A DNA stretch of 64,000 nt from Parasitella parasitica NRRL 2501 (Eukaryota > Fungi > Mucoromycota). A model generated the notes under the pieces. It was given only the letters and a program-made list of their open reading frames with translations. It ran no database searches and was not told where the DNA came from. The stretch spans positions 37,539-101,538 of the forward strand of contig MU619304.1 of assembly GCA_025201805.1 (NCBI GenBank). The letters are read 5' to 3'. Shown here piece by piece: positions 12,344 through 24,802 of the stretch (positions within the stretch are counted from its first letter, which is position 1; every line of letters starts with the position of its first letter). Position numbers and translations under genes: made by a program.

Positions 12344-13867
12344 ATGGCAACACTCCCTACTGAAATTAACGCTGGCTATCAAGCCACAGTAGTGGAGCCA
12401 AGAAGAATGGCAACAGTCGGTTCAATTCCTCACTCAAATGGAACCACTCCGAATAGTTCCCAAGTAAATCTTGGAAAGGTCCCACCTCCAACACCTCCCC
12501 CACACCAGCAGCTACCCTTGCCACCTCCCTCAAATGATGTTACACCTCCAATCTATCCAAATAATAGACCTGAAGACATGCAATACTTTCACATACCACA
12601 GCAGCCACAAGATTACTTTTCGTCTTTTGCCGATACAGCCGAGGATCAAGATTACCTTCCCGATAGCTCATTGAGCATGGCCATTCTAGCCGGCAAACGC
12701 AGATATGATCGAATCAACAATCCAAACCCAGAGTTCCCACTTGTGACAGTAGAGAACATCAACAAACTTAGAGAAGAGTCCAAAACTAGTAAGGATTCGA
12801 AAGCTCAATTGTTTTTTGCGAGATTTTTGCTGGATGCTGTCAAGCATTTGAAGCCAAACCCTCAGGATCCTGTACGTACTCGTCAATTGAAGGACAACTT
12901 GACAAACGAAGCCATCAAGATTATCAAAAAACTGGCATCGCATAGAGTTGGGCTAGCTGATGCGCAGTTTTTCCTGGGCAACTGCTACGGCGGCGGATTG
13001 CACGGCCTGAAATCAGATCTGGACAAGGCTTTTGGCCTCTATCTACAGGGCTCAAAGCAAAGCCATCCTGAATGCACTTATCGTGCAGCCGTGTGCTATG
13101 AATTGGGATTAGGAACCAAAAAAGACTACCGCTATGCTATGCAGTTTTATCGAAAAGCCGCCAATCTCAGTGATCCCTCGGGTATGTATAAATTAGGCTT
13201 GATTCTGTTGCATGGACTAGTTGGACAGACTAAAAATCCTCGTGAGGCTATCTCCTGGTTTCTGCGAGCAGCGCAGATTGCAGATGAAGACCATCCTCAG
13301 TCATTGCATGAACTAGGTTTAGCCTATGAAAAAACAGACAACAGCATTCCGTCCGTGATTCCTGATTCAAATTATGCGCGAGAATTGTTTAGTCAGGCTG
13401 CTCAATTGGGTTATGCCCCTTCTCAATTCAAGTTGGGGTTGGCATATGAAAACGGCCAGTTGAATTGCCCTACTGATCCTCGCAGATCCATTGCCTGGTA
13501 CTCCCGAGCCGCTGAGCAGAGCGATCCGAATGCTGAATTGGCCCTTTCAGGCTGGTATCTTACGGGAGCAGGTGGTGCGTTGAGTCAAAACGATACAGAG
13601 GCTTATTTGTGGGCCAGAAAAGCAGCCGAAAGAGGACTAGCTAAAGCAGAATATGCCGTGGGATATTATGCAGAAACGGGCGTTGGAGTCATCCCTAGTC
13701 TCGAAGAAGCGAGGCAGTGGTACTCGAGAGCCGCGGCACATGGCGATCTAAAGGCTAAACAGCGCATAGAGGCATTTGATCAGTCCAATGTCACCGTCAA
13801 GAGAAGGCCTACAAGAGATAAAAACGGCAAGCCAAATGCCAAGGATTCTGATTGTAAAATCATGTAA
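12344..13867 (+). CDS. SKT5: Chitin synthase activator Skt5/Chs4 (SEL1 repeats, CAAX)
   Basis: Single 507-aa ORF with tandem SEL1 repeats (AQFFLGNCY, YRAAVCYELGLG, PRRSIAWY, AELALSGWYLTG, EAYLWARKAA) and a C-terminal CKIM prenylation motif. Confidence 0.9.
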   Translation: MATLPTEINAGYQATVVEPRRMATVGSIPHSNGTTPNSSQVNLGKVPPPTPPPHQQLPLPPPSNDVTPPIYPNNRPEDMQYFHIPQQPQDYFSSFADTAEDQDYLPDSSLSMAILAGKRRYDRINNPNPEFPLVTVENINKLREESKTSKDSKAQLFFARFLLDAVKHLKPNPQDPVRTRQLKDNLTNEAIKIIKKLASHRVGLADAQFFLGNCYGGGLHGLKSDLDKAFGLYLQGSKQSHPECTYRAAVCYELGLGTKKDYRYAMQFYRKAANLSDPSGMYKLGLILLHGLVGQTKNPREAISWFLRAAQIADEDHPQSLHELGLAYEKTDNSIPSVIPDSNYARELFSQAAQLGYAPSQFKLGLAYENGQLNCPTDPRRSIAWYSRAAEQSDPNAELALSGWYLTGAGGALSQNDTEAYLWARKAAERGLAKAEYAVGYYAETGVGVIPSLEEARQWYSRAAAHGDLKAKQRIEAFDQSNVTVKRRPTRDKNGKPNAKDSDCKIM

Positions 13868-14339
13868 AAAAAAACCCCCCATCGCATACTCATCATTAAT
13901 TATTGCACTCTTTCATACTTATTCATCATCTTCTTAATTTTGAACAATAAACCATTTTGTTGATTGTTCGACAGTGTACCAAACATAGCAACATGTTGCC
14001 AATGCTTAAAGGTCTTACAGGCATGAATTGCAATGCACATCTGATACGACATGTATCTTGCAGCTGTTTTGTTTATCCGGGATCAGTGTGTCATGTGTGG
14101 TATTTTGTAGCATGAATCAAGAGAACGCAACATTTAAATTGCTGTCTTGAGCAATGACACGCCCATAGGATTACTGGCATTGGTGGCTGGCACAAGATCA
14201 AACAAGTCGCTTCTAAAAGTTAACAAAGGGGGTAGTTAAAGCTCCGGGTATAAAGTTTGCTCGACCCAATTTTTTTTTTTTTTTTTTTCCTTGTTCTCTT
14301 TCTTGTTCTACGATAATTGATACCAAGACAAGATAAACA

Positions 14340-15907
14340 ATGGCACGACAAAAACAAAACGATGACGATGACGACGAGATGTACACGTTCACAGAGGATT
14401 ATCGCTCGCAGCAAAAGGAAAAATACATGTCAGCAGGAAGCAATGTTCGACTAGCCTCTCACGACAAGACCAGAGTAGCTTATTTTCATGACGAGGGTGT
14501 TGGCAATTACCACTACGGCGTAAGTTGAGGCAGCAGTAAAGGCTAGCTAAACGGTACTCATAGTAGAAATCGTGTAGGAACGACATCCTATGAAGCCCCA
14601 CCGCTTGACATTGACCAACCATTTAGTTTTAAAATACGGGATGCACGACAAGATGGAGATTTTCCAGCCTAGAAGAGCTACGGACGACGAAATATTGAAT
14701 TTTCATTCATCAGACTATGTCGATTTCTTGAAGCGAGTTACGCCAGACAATGCAGACAACTACGAAAAACTGTTCCAGCGATTCAATGTGGGTGATGATT
14801 GTCCTATTTTCGATGGTATTTACGATTTTTGTCAACGATACGCAGGTGCAACTATCGAAGCGTCTCGTAAACTGATTGCTAATGGCGCAGACATCTGTAT
14901 CAACTGGTCTGGCGGCCTGCATCATGCTAAAAAGAGCGAAGCTAGCGGTTTTTGTTATGTGAATGATATTGTCCTTGGCACTCTGGAGCTATTAAGGTAA
15001 GTTTGGTGAAAATGCTGCTGCTGCAGCTGCTGCTGCTGTCGAGTGTGTCTCTAATTGGTGTAGGTATTTTCCTCGCGTTCTGTACATTGATATCGATATC
15101 CATCATGGCGACGGTGTGCAAGAGGCCTTTTATTCGACTGACCGCGTTATGACAGTATCTTTTCACAAGTACAATGGAGATTTCTTTCCTGGCACAGGAC
15201 ATATCGATGAAATTGGCTCGTCTTTAGGCAAATACTACTCATTGAACGTACCCCTAAGAGATGGCATCGATGACGAAGCCTATGTATGGATGTTTAAAGA
15301 AGTGATCGATGCAGTTATTGGACATTTCCGGCCTTCAGCAATTGTATTGCAATGCGGTGCTGATTCTCTGGGTTGCGATCGCTTGGGCTGCTTCAATTTA
15401 AGCATTCGAGCTCATGGCCAATGTGTTCAGATTGTAAAAGACTATAAAATACCTCTACTCGTGGTAGGAGGAGGTGGATACACAGTTCGCAATGTCGCTC
15501 GGTGCTGGACATACGAGACATCCGTATTAACAAACACAACACTTAGCGAAGATTTGCCGCCCAACGAATATAGAGACTTTTTCAAGCCTGACTTCAAACT
15601 ACATCCTGATCTCAAAGGCAGAGTAGAAAATCAAAACGATAGAACATATTTGCTTAAAGTACGTCAAAGGGTCATGGAGCAGCTACGATACTTGGACTCT
15701 GCACCGAGTATCCAAATGCAGGAGATACCACCAGACATTCAGGGCTTCTTGGATGGCGAAAATGAGCAGCAAGATGCTTTCAACGACTCTGAAAGAGGTA
15801 AAAATAGAAGAAATCCAACTGGCGGACGAGTGATCCATGAAGGTGAATGGTTTGAAAATGATAATGATAATGAGGGCGAATCTCATGATTCTTCATGGAG
15901 TAGCTGA
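14340..15907 (+). CDS. HOS2: Class I histone deacetylase, Hos2-like
   Basis: [58 protein letters not shown] and GGGGY are all intact. Two introns at about 14520-14577 and 14997-15063. Confidence 0.9.
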
Positions 15908-17269
15908 GAGCTCTGCTTCCTTGTATTTCTTTTCGTTTTTATTCCTTATTGCTTGTATTATATCATTTTACTACATACATAATCTCTATTTTTCTTTTGT
16001 CGCTAATAAAATGCAAGAAAAGCAGAGATTGCTATCAACAATTTGCCGTACTTTCGTGGGGTACAAGTGTAGACCATGATTTCTAGTTATATAACCTTAT
16101 GGATTGTTGATAATTCATGAGCTACTAAAGACAATTAAAAAGTGCAAGCAAGACGAGCAAGCGCACCGCCTGAAATAACCTATTTGGACGGACGTGCACA
16201 CACTGGAGGGCAAATATATACAAGATCCAATTCTCGGATCTACTTTTATGAACAAGGCTCTTAGAGCAAAGGAGTTCTGTTGACTCCCTGTTGATGCAGC
16301 TGTTCAAGGTTGCTGCTGCCACATTGCTACAGCTAGGATAGCCACTAGGGGAGTATTTCTCAGTTATTGTGATTTTTGCTTTCGATTGCATATTTAAATA
16401 CGTACTTTTTGTTTTATCATATGGTGTTCTCTTGCTTCAAGGCAAAGAAATCTTTCAGCGAGAATAGTGTCCATTTTCTACAGTTAATTTTCCCAACAAT
16501 ATTCCCATCAAAACAATAAAAGATTCAATGTAAACTGTCTAAATTTCCTGGCTCTTCTGGCTCTTCTGGCTCTGTTTTTATCTCCAGGTTTTTTTATACA
16601 TTCAGCAGCTCAATCACATTTACAGTGCATCCAAACACTTCTCTGGAGGAAGACCAATCTTCATATGCAGCGTTTTTAACAAAGGCTAAGACGCGAAATT
16701 TCAGGTGCTCTTTTCAGATGATAAGCTAAACGAGCTGTGCCATCAACCAGAGGAACTACTGCCCCTAAACTAAATCAGGCATTTGTGCTATGTCTTAACA
16801 TCCATTCAGTTATTAGACAAGAGCAGCACAAAGATATGGTACATGACATAATCTAGTTGAAAATTAATTTGTGGCATCCCACTCGTATAGATTACATGTC
16901 CATATGAATAAAAGCATAGCGTTTTTCGGATATGCCCCCCCTCCCTCTAGAGTGTATTATCTCTTTCAGTTATTTCGGGAAGTGATCACTTTATTTGAAT
17001 AGCACCTTTGTACTTTCTACACTATGCATTTTTTATAAAAGGTATCATGAACGTATGGAACAGCTATTTATATATGTCTACTAGTATTAAGATTAGTTTC
17101 ATGTAACAGCAATCAAGTCAAAGCGCTTAAATGCCAACCCATTGACTTGAACACACTCCCAGTAGACCAAAGCCTCATTTACTAACTGTATATATTGTGT
17201 GTTTATTTCATTACGATCGGCGTTCTTAAATCCATTTTACAGCCTCAAATATTAATTCTACAAATAATT

Positions 17270-17925
17270 CTAAATGTTTGATTCAAAGACCATAACAGTA
17301 AACATGCCTACAAAAAGAAACAAAATGCAAAAAGAAGCCCATGTGATAATGCCTCTGCTTGCAGGGAAGTTGCCGTGCTGTAAGGCCCATTGAGCATGGA
17401 AATATCTGACATTCCCAAAATAAAGAAACAATATACTTGCAAAAATAAATATTAAGCCTAATGCTCTGCCCAGTCTTTTATGATGTGCTGTAGATACGTG
17501 ATACACCTGTATGATACCGATCCCAAGAGTAATCAATGATAAAGATGTTCTAAACCAAGCAAGATAGGTTCTTTCATTTGCTACAATGTATTATTTGAAT
17601 AATTCTTCAATATATAAGACGATGTCCCTTTTTACTCACCCAAATGATCTCTGGCTGTATTTCCTTTATTCTCCAGTACAACTGCCGGTGAGTATCTAGA
17701 GTATATGTCATCCAAGTGCTCCAGAAACGTAGATATATAGCTGTCTTCGTTTTCCTCCACTACAGTTTTATTGTCGCTTTCAAATGTGTCGTACTTTTTA
17801 TAGTCGATTTTGCATGATTGACTTTTGTCGTACATAATGTTTGTGTCTCGACAGTAGTAGGAAGTAGCATCACTGAACGATCTGTGATGAGCGTTGTTAG
17901 GATGTCTAGCAGCAATACGAATCAT
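17270..17925 (-). CDS. DUF202 (VTC1/YidH-like) membrane protein
   Basis: ENKGNTARDHL|ANERTYLAWFRTSLSLITLGIGI signature spans an intron (about 17582-17638), followed by three TM helices. Start codon uncertain. Confidence 0.82.
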
Positions 17926-18224
17926 TTGGTAAAATGGCACTCTTTGGAAAAAAAAGGATTTACACCTTTATTAAGAACCTCCTTTTTTATAAAATTTTAG
18001 ATCCTCTTTTTTTTTTTTTTTTTTTGACTAGACATAGATCTACAGCGATCCCTAGTTATGCATCCCCCCTTTTTCTAATTTCTGCTATAAAAACATCACA
18101 ATTTCTAAATAGAGGGAATGATCTACTGATTTTGCGTTTCATCAATCTCCGAGTAATCTGTGTTTCATCGGTTTTTTACCCTATCAGACATGTAAAGTCG
18201 ACCTGGGTAGACATGCTCACTATC

Positions 18225-18825
18225 TCAACTTTTATGACAATAATGAATGCCGATGTCCAGATTTTAAATGATATCATGCTTGTTCAAATTCCTGGTCAAA
18301 AGGTCATATATCGTAGTGCTAATAAAAAAAAATTCTTTGAGGTTGCTCAAGTACAGTATCCCTCAGAAATGATGAACAACATTGACGCTGGTGGTCTTCC
18401 TCCTCATCTACTAGACCCTAAACAGCATTGTCCTATCATCCTGCTGGTCTTTGTAATGGTACAAGATTGATTATTGAGGCCCCCTTCCCAAATGTTATTT
18501 CTGCAAGAATCATCTCAGGTTCCAAAATCTTTTTCCATCAAAAATCTTTTTAAATCCACTTGATGAATCCCCTATCAACTTCCAAAGGCATCAATTTCCA
18601 ATTTGGCTTGCTTTCGCAATGTCTGTAAACAACGCTCATGGACAAACTTTGCAAAAGGTCGGTATAAAGCCTGTATTTTCTCATGGCCCATTATATGTTG
18701 CTCTCTCGAGAGTTCAAAATCCTAGCTCTATGAAAGCTCTCATAGAGCAATCTGAAGATGAGAAGCAAAAACGAATTCCGCCCAATTGCACGAGAAATGT
18801 CGTCTTTACCAAAGTCTTCCTTTAA
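18225..18825 (+). pseudogene. Helitron PIF1-like helicase C-terminal fragment (frameshifted)
   Basis: NADVQILND...YPSEMMNNIDAGGLPPHLL...CPIILL / GLCNGTRLII / QFPIWLAFAMSVNNAHGQTLQKVGI..PVFSHGPLYVALSRV are PIF1 helicase motifs IV-VI, spread over several frames with deletions. Confidence 0.88.
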
Positions 18826-18870
18826 CGGTAGTGCAATCACAATTACATACTATTTCCTTTTATACCGTTA

Positions 18871-20645
18871 CAGTATCACATCTATCGATTTATATTGAGG
18901 CATATGCAAGGTACCTATTAGAATCATGCTTTGCTCTTCAATTGAAAATAGGTGTTGCACTCATTTACAGCGAAAATAAAAAAAAAAGGCTGCAGATTGA
19001 ATCTCAGCACTATGTTTCCATTTGACCCAAACCAAATTTGAGCTTTTTTAAAGGTAGTTCATTGCTAGATATCTCATAAACGCAATAGGTATATCGGATA
19101 TGTATACTAAGTGTTTTATACCAAACAATAAATTCTTCATCCAAAAATATAAATTAAAAGGCTATATAAACACTTTTTCTTAATACCAATTTTCAAATAT
19201 TCGAAAAACGCCCTTTTTGATAGTTTTTGAGTAAAATCGAGCATATATTGAGCATATTCAGCTCTATAAAGTTGACCAAACAAACCATCATCTCAATGCC
19301 TACACATCAATATTTTGTTCACAACTGTAGCTCTATTATATCTGCCAAAAATCAAAATCTTGTCTCGACTAAAATGAATCTACGATTTTCCGGCCCTATG
19401 TTTAGAGGGCCAAAATGAAGCCATTCAAAAGGGTAAAGAACCATACTGTTTTTTGCGAATATCTTGCGCAAAAATTGATATTTTTAAACCAAATAAAAAC
19501 TATTCCATAGCTATTTTGTAGCCCTATGATTTTATTGATTTATCATACATATTTAAATACTATCTATTGCTTTGAAATTTATGAAAATAAATTAAGCCTC
19601 TGCTAAAAACATATGAAAAAATATTTTTTTATACATATCTATCTAAAAACTTACACATCTAGTAGAGAATTAAGTTTTAAAAAGATTTTAATAACCACTC
19701 AAGCCAAAGTGTTATAGTAGCTTTTTGAGAAACAGGCAGACAAAGTTTAGCGTAAAAAGACAAAATCGACCCAATCTTCTCGAATTCGAGCTTGAATACA
19801 GCATGTTTATTACCAATAGGTGTGCCAAAGTGTGCTTTATTACTTTAATTAAAAACTTGAACATGATTTAATTGCAAAATTTTGTACTTGTTATAGGACC
19901 ATATGCTGTAAAATTTGGAAAATCTGCAAAATTTGGTTTTGGGAATATCTTGACAGCAAAGATAGATATCGAGAATCGGAAGACGTAGTGAGGTACAGTT
20001 ATCATACCAGTATTTGGTTGTATACTTGGATTGGACCCCAAATCCGTACCTAAAAATGTCCCTGAAGGATGACCCAAAGTTGAAAACTGAAAATTGAATA
20101 TGAGGTTTGGGGTCCAAACATAGCAAAATCTGAAAAATGGCCAGAGGTGCGTAAAATTTGGATATGTTATAAAATGCTTCAAAAAAAGAAGATTTTGGCT
20201 GAAAGTAGTGTCTCTATCGCTTAATGGTTTATAAAGATATCAGAGATTGTAGATTATGCTTTTGAGTGGGAAAAAAGGTGATGGTCATGATTAGGCGGCA
20301 ATTATTTTAACTAAAACATAAAGCTACATAAAATAGCTTTGCAAGTCATATTTTACAACATCTTGGCTATTGATATATATTAAGAAATAACCATATCGTT
20401 TATGAAGTTCATGCTTTGCTCCTCAATTGAAATAGGTGCTTCACTGCTAAAGGCCAACATTCGCAGTGGTAAATTCAAGCTCAGAAAGTTGTTACCATTG
20501 AAACTTGCGCTAATATCTCCAAAATAAGAAGTATTACACTGCATATTTCTGTTAAATGTTTTTTGTCAGGCTTTAAATTCTGTATCAAACTTAAGCTATA
20601 TATATATGTTATTAGGCCTTTTCCTATTCCAAATGGTCTTTGTTA
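18871..20645 (+). repeat. Left copy of long inverted repeat (near-identical core about 18900-20487, diverged extension to about 20645)
   Basis: Reverse-complement match to about 42455-44200. Identical spurious ORFs appear on opposite strands (19227-19418/43654-43845; 19868-20182/42890-43204). Only about 4 substitutions were spotted by eye in the core. Confidence 0.97.
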
Positions 20646-21089
20646 TATCAATAACATGGCAAGGCCTCACATCCGGATCTCAGATCAGTCCCAGCAGGGG
20701 GTCTTACAGTAAATCATGGGTAGTCATGATTTACATTATGCAGTTAGACAGTAGAACCCTAACGTAATGAATTTGTATATAATACATCGAGAGAAGTATC
20801 ATGAATAAAAGCGTAATTATTTGGCAGTGTGGAATCGGTATAAATTGTTATATGATTTACGGTGATGTGTCAATTTCCCAACCGGAAGTCAAACTCAAGT
20901 AAACTCAATCCTGAACACAATCCAGGAACATATCCTAAATGGATCAAGTTCCTTATTTATAATTCAACATGACATGTTCATAAATAATAGATACAATCTA
21001 TCGTTCCACTCTCTAAATCACACCATGTCTCACACTTGTATCTTATCCTCCCATCAGTCCATTTAGATTCACTAGTATATAAACCATCA

Positions 21090-21254
21090 TTTTTTCCATG
21101 TAATAAACGAGATCTTTACCTGATTAATTCACAACCGTTTTATTTGAATAATTTCTCATTCTGATAAATCAATTTTTTCCATGTAATAAACGAGATCTTT
21201 ACCTGATTAATTCACAACCGTTTTATTTGAATAATTTCTCATTCTGATAAATCA
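21090..21254. repeat. 83-bp tandem duplication at the 3' end of the transposase
   Basis: TTTTTTCCATGTAATAAACGAGATC...CTGATAAATCA occurs at 21090 and again at 21173. Confidence 0.95.
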
Positions 21255-22897
21255 TTCAGTGTTTAAGCATGGTAATGGTTGAGAAGAGCTTTGTCTATTT
21301 GTTTTGAGCTGCTTAACATGTCTAACAGTGCAGCTTTCTTGTCTGCATTTTCCACATTTGTTGGTACAAAAAAATCCTTTGGAGCTTCCTGGACATTTGT
21401 CGATCTTGCAAACCGTGCAGTGTCTTTTTCTTTTTATACTACTTGTTAAAACCACAGACACAGAAGAAGTGATTTTACGCGGCAAAGGCAAAGATAAAGA
21501 GCTTCGGATCTGTCTGGGATGATAAGAGGGTAAAATTGTTGGTAATCTAAGGATCAAAGGTGAGAGTATACCAGCAGGAAATAGTTGTTGTTGTGGAGCG
21601 GTAGGTACTGACAAAGTCGGAATTAAAGTGTCAAATCTAGATGCATCTTCAACAAGTGCACGGACAGATTGGGATATTGCAATGTTTTTCAAAACAGTAT
21701 TTCCATATTTCTTGCGGTCTTCTACAATGTTATAGTAGGCTCTCAGATGCCTAGGGGTTTTGTAGTAGATATTACTGTTTGCAAGACAATACTTGGTGTT
21801 CCATGTGAAGGCAAACAAATCGAAGTCTGTTTTTTTTGCATTGAACGGTTGATATATCTGCATATCTTCATGGTTTTGTGTTTTCAAAAGTGTTTCAAAC
21901 AGAAAAGTTTCTTCTTTTGTGTGTACTGCCGCAACTGCGTAAAGTGTACCTTGACAACTGGAAAGAAACTGATACGTAAATTTGCTTTTAGAGTATCCGA
22001 TCGGTGGAAGTCGAATGGTAGACAAGGATGCAAGTTCCATAATCCTTTTTTTGTCTGGCCTTTCTTTTGGTATTAGCTGCAATGTTATAGGCTTTACGCC
22101 TATTTCATTGCATAGCACACGAGGCATATCTACAATACCGAAAGTTTCATTCGTTTGCTTGAAATTTATAAAATTTCCATAACGCTCGCAAATATATTCC
22201 ATAACAGTTCCGTGACCAACCTCTCTCCTCAACATGTTGATGGCAAGTACAAGCCAAGGGCTATAACGGCTTTGATGCTTTAAGCCATACCGATTAACAG
22301 ATCCGACCTAAGGAAAAAAGTAAAGTTTTTAAATTATAAACCATACTAAATGATAAACCACTTACGTTTATATTATGATATAGTCTATAGTCAGCCAAAA
22401 TAGAATCTGTTAATCGCGTAGATGCATTATATGATGCAAACCTGCGAACAATATTTATATGACAGGCTCCTTCAACAGAATTAGTTCCTCGCGAACACTT
22501 GTAGGTCATCAAACCGTCCTTATCCAAGCCTTTTTCCGTGTAGAGAGCAGGACCACCAACAACATCAGAAACATGCCCTTCTTTTACAGATTTAAGAACA
22601 TGCAAAGACATTTCCCTAGCTGCATCATCAAAAAGCTGGCGGCCAGAATGCTCACATCTTAATGGACCGTAGCTATCAAATAAGAATTTCAGAGTGGGGT
22701 AGAGCTTGGCTGGTTTTGGTATAAATCTTCTGACTCGTTCAAAGATCCAAGAAGGATTAGACAGCATCCATGTGTTCCAGTCGTTCCCTGTGCTCAGTAA
22801 AAATGTTTCGACGACAGTTTTGTCACCTTAATCGCAAACATATAATGTATCACGGAAGCGTCTCATAACATCTTTGTGCATGCCATAAGACTTGGAT
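21252..22897 (-). pseudogene. Zisupton/KDZ-like DDE transposase, C-terminal half, truncated with a premature stop
   Basis: YKCSRGTNSVEGACH resembles the Zisupton YRCxRG(T/S)xxxE..H block. An intron at 22308-22365 joins HNIN|VGSVNRYGLKHQSRYSPWL. C-terminal Cys cluster CTVC..CPG...CTNKCGKC...C. Upstream frame MRRFRDTLYVCD*GDK has an in-frame TAA (about 22829-22831) and homology is lost near 22897. Confidence 0.7.
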
Positions 22898-24239
22898 TGG
22901 TGAAGAAGAGACGACGAAAGGAATCAAAGCAATACGTGGCAACACTCATGTCCAACTCGAAAAAATTAAGAGCTGAGTTCACAATGGTTTAACTGAGTCC
23001 CTTGATAAGGCGATCCTGTATGTCGAAAATGCATCCATTTATTTGGATAGTCAAAAAAGAAAAATTTACAGCTGAAAGAGATGTAACACCCATCCCAGAA
23101 ACCCCAGCCTTAAAATAGTTAAAGAATAAGAATATTGAACCAAAAGAATGTAACGAAGCCCATTATAATGAACTCAAGGAATTTTTGGACAGTTTAGGAA
23201 CAAAAGATCCAGAAGAGTGAACTGGAAACAATGCTTTTTAAAGGGCTACGAAGACAATATCGATAAACAGTATACGGCAAGTGAAAGAATGCGATCTCAG
23301 TACAATAAACATTTCAAATAATTCTTCTATTTTATTTTTACCACAATGGATAGTGGTGTTTCAGTGAATTTCTGTTAATACATTCCTTTGATGATGTCAA
23401 ACAAACACTGCTTTGTCCAAACTGTGCTATATATCACTCTGAAAACTGGGATTTTTTGCCATTGTGAGCTTTGTTCAGTAATATTATTATTAAATTGCTG
23501 AGTAAGATGATCAAGCAAATAGGAAAGGTGTCATATTTTTCGCAAGTATCAATAAATAATTAAATTATTTGGTTTAGTTCTGCCTTTTCTAAGTTTTCAA
23601 CGATATTGAAAAGTAATAGGACATTGCACATGTAACATAAGATTTTTCTAATTCGTTATAATGCTAATGATTCGTACATCAGTCAGAATGATTTTATTTA
23701 TCGAGTCAATCTCTGGATGAAATTCAGTTGGGAAAACACAACTACTGATCTTCGGTCATTTCGTCTAAATATTTCTATTTGTTTGCTTACTGTATCTGAT
23801 TTACACTTAGAACAACTGCCTATTACTTTTTTAATTAAGGGAATAAAAAGATTTGACGAAGTATATTTTCAGGTCTTATAACGAAATAATTAATTATGAA
23901 GTATACATTTTTTTTTGGATGTAGTTATGTTCAGATTCTTCTAATCATTATTGTGTGTGTTGAAAAAACATTTATAATTGCACAATAAATTTGACTTACT
24001 TTCAAAATGAGCGCAGTCTGTTAAAATGTTGGATTCAGTCATAGTAGGATGAAAGAAAAAAAGAATGGCTACGATACGATACGGTACGCTTTTTATGTAA
24101 TATGAACGATAGGAAATGATATTATTAGTTTCTTTCATAGCGCTTAACCATATTTTAATTAACAGAATCTATAAGTGTTGCAAACTGCTGATTTGGCAGA
24201 CTTTTCTTCCCAAGTGTTTGTTTCTAGTTATTTTTTCAA

Positions 24240-24350
24240 TGACAATGTTTGAGTCTGAAGTCTCTGTTAAAACCTCTTCTATAGGATCATAAACTCTTTC
24301 GCCAAGCTCATCGAAAAGGTTGTCTATCCCATCATCGATAATTACTTTTT
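24240..24350 (-). pseudogene. Possible N-terminal fragment of a Mucorales Tc1/IS630-like transposase
   Basis: Reading VIIDDGIDNLFDELGERVYDPIEE resembles the acidic 'EDG.GN.FDE.G..V.DPME' start recalled for Mucorales Tc1/IS630-like ORFs. It is short and no DDE is seen. Confidence 0.3.
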
Positions 24351-24802
24351 TTGTAACCGGTAATATTCACCAGCAGGACTGTACAGGAATAAGCATTCTT
24401 ATTACAATATTTCACGCGAATTTTGAGTGGTTATTTTGTTTTTCCGACAGAAATATGATACATTGTGCGTAACATTTGACTGCGTAGTTTGCAACTGCTC
24501 GTTTTAATTTAATGTAGACCAACTGCCAACTGTAGCCAGATTTCTGCAGTAAATATTCAACGGGTTATTAGCTAAATGCCACTAGCCTTTTTTCTTCTGG
24601 GAAAGAAGCTGATTAATTGAAATGCGCGATATTTTTCATACAAGATTTTGGTCATGGTTAGCTTGTTGCTCAAATATGGTAATATGTGTGTGAAATTGAG
24701 CAAACTCCGGTAAACACTGCTTGGGAATATCTTGTACATTTGAGGTTATTATAGTCTACTCTCCTCTGTTTAGGCTCTTTTTATATTATTTTACTAAAAA
24801 AT

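Noticed and set aside
16125-16900. Short ORF and (CTGGCTCTT)3 micro-repeat
   Set aside because: No recognisable domain or gene structure.
19227-20182. Short ORFs inside the long repeat, duplicated at 42890-43845
   Set aside because: No motifs and non-ATG or AT-rich frames; they are identical only because the DNA is duplicated.
20709-20734. 10-bp hairpin as a Helitron 3' terminus
   Set aside because: AT-rich stem, not followed by CTRR, and not shared with the right repeat copy.
22900-23500. Plus-strand coding-like fragments interrupting the transposase
   Set aside because: Probably another decayed insertion, but unassignable.
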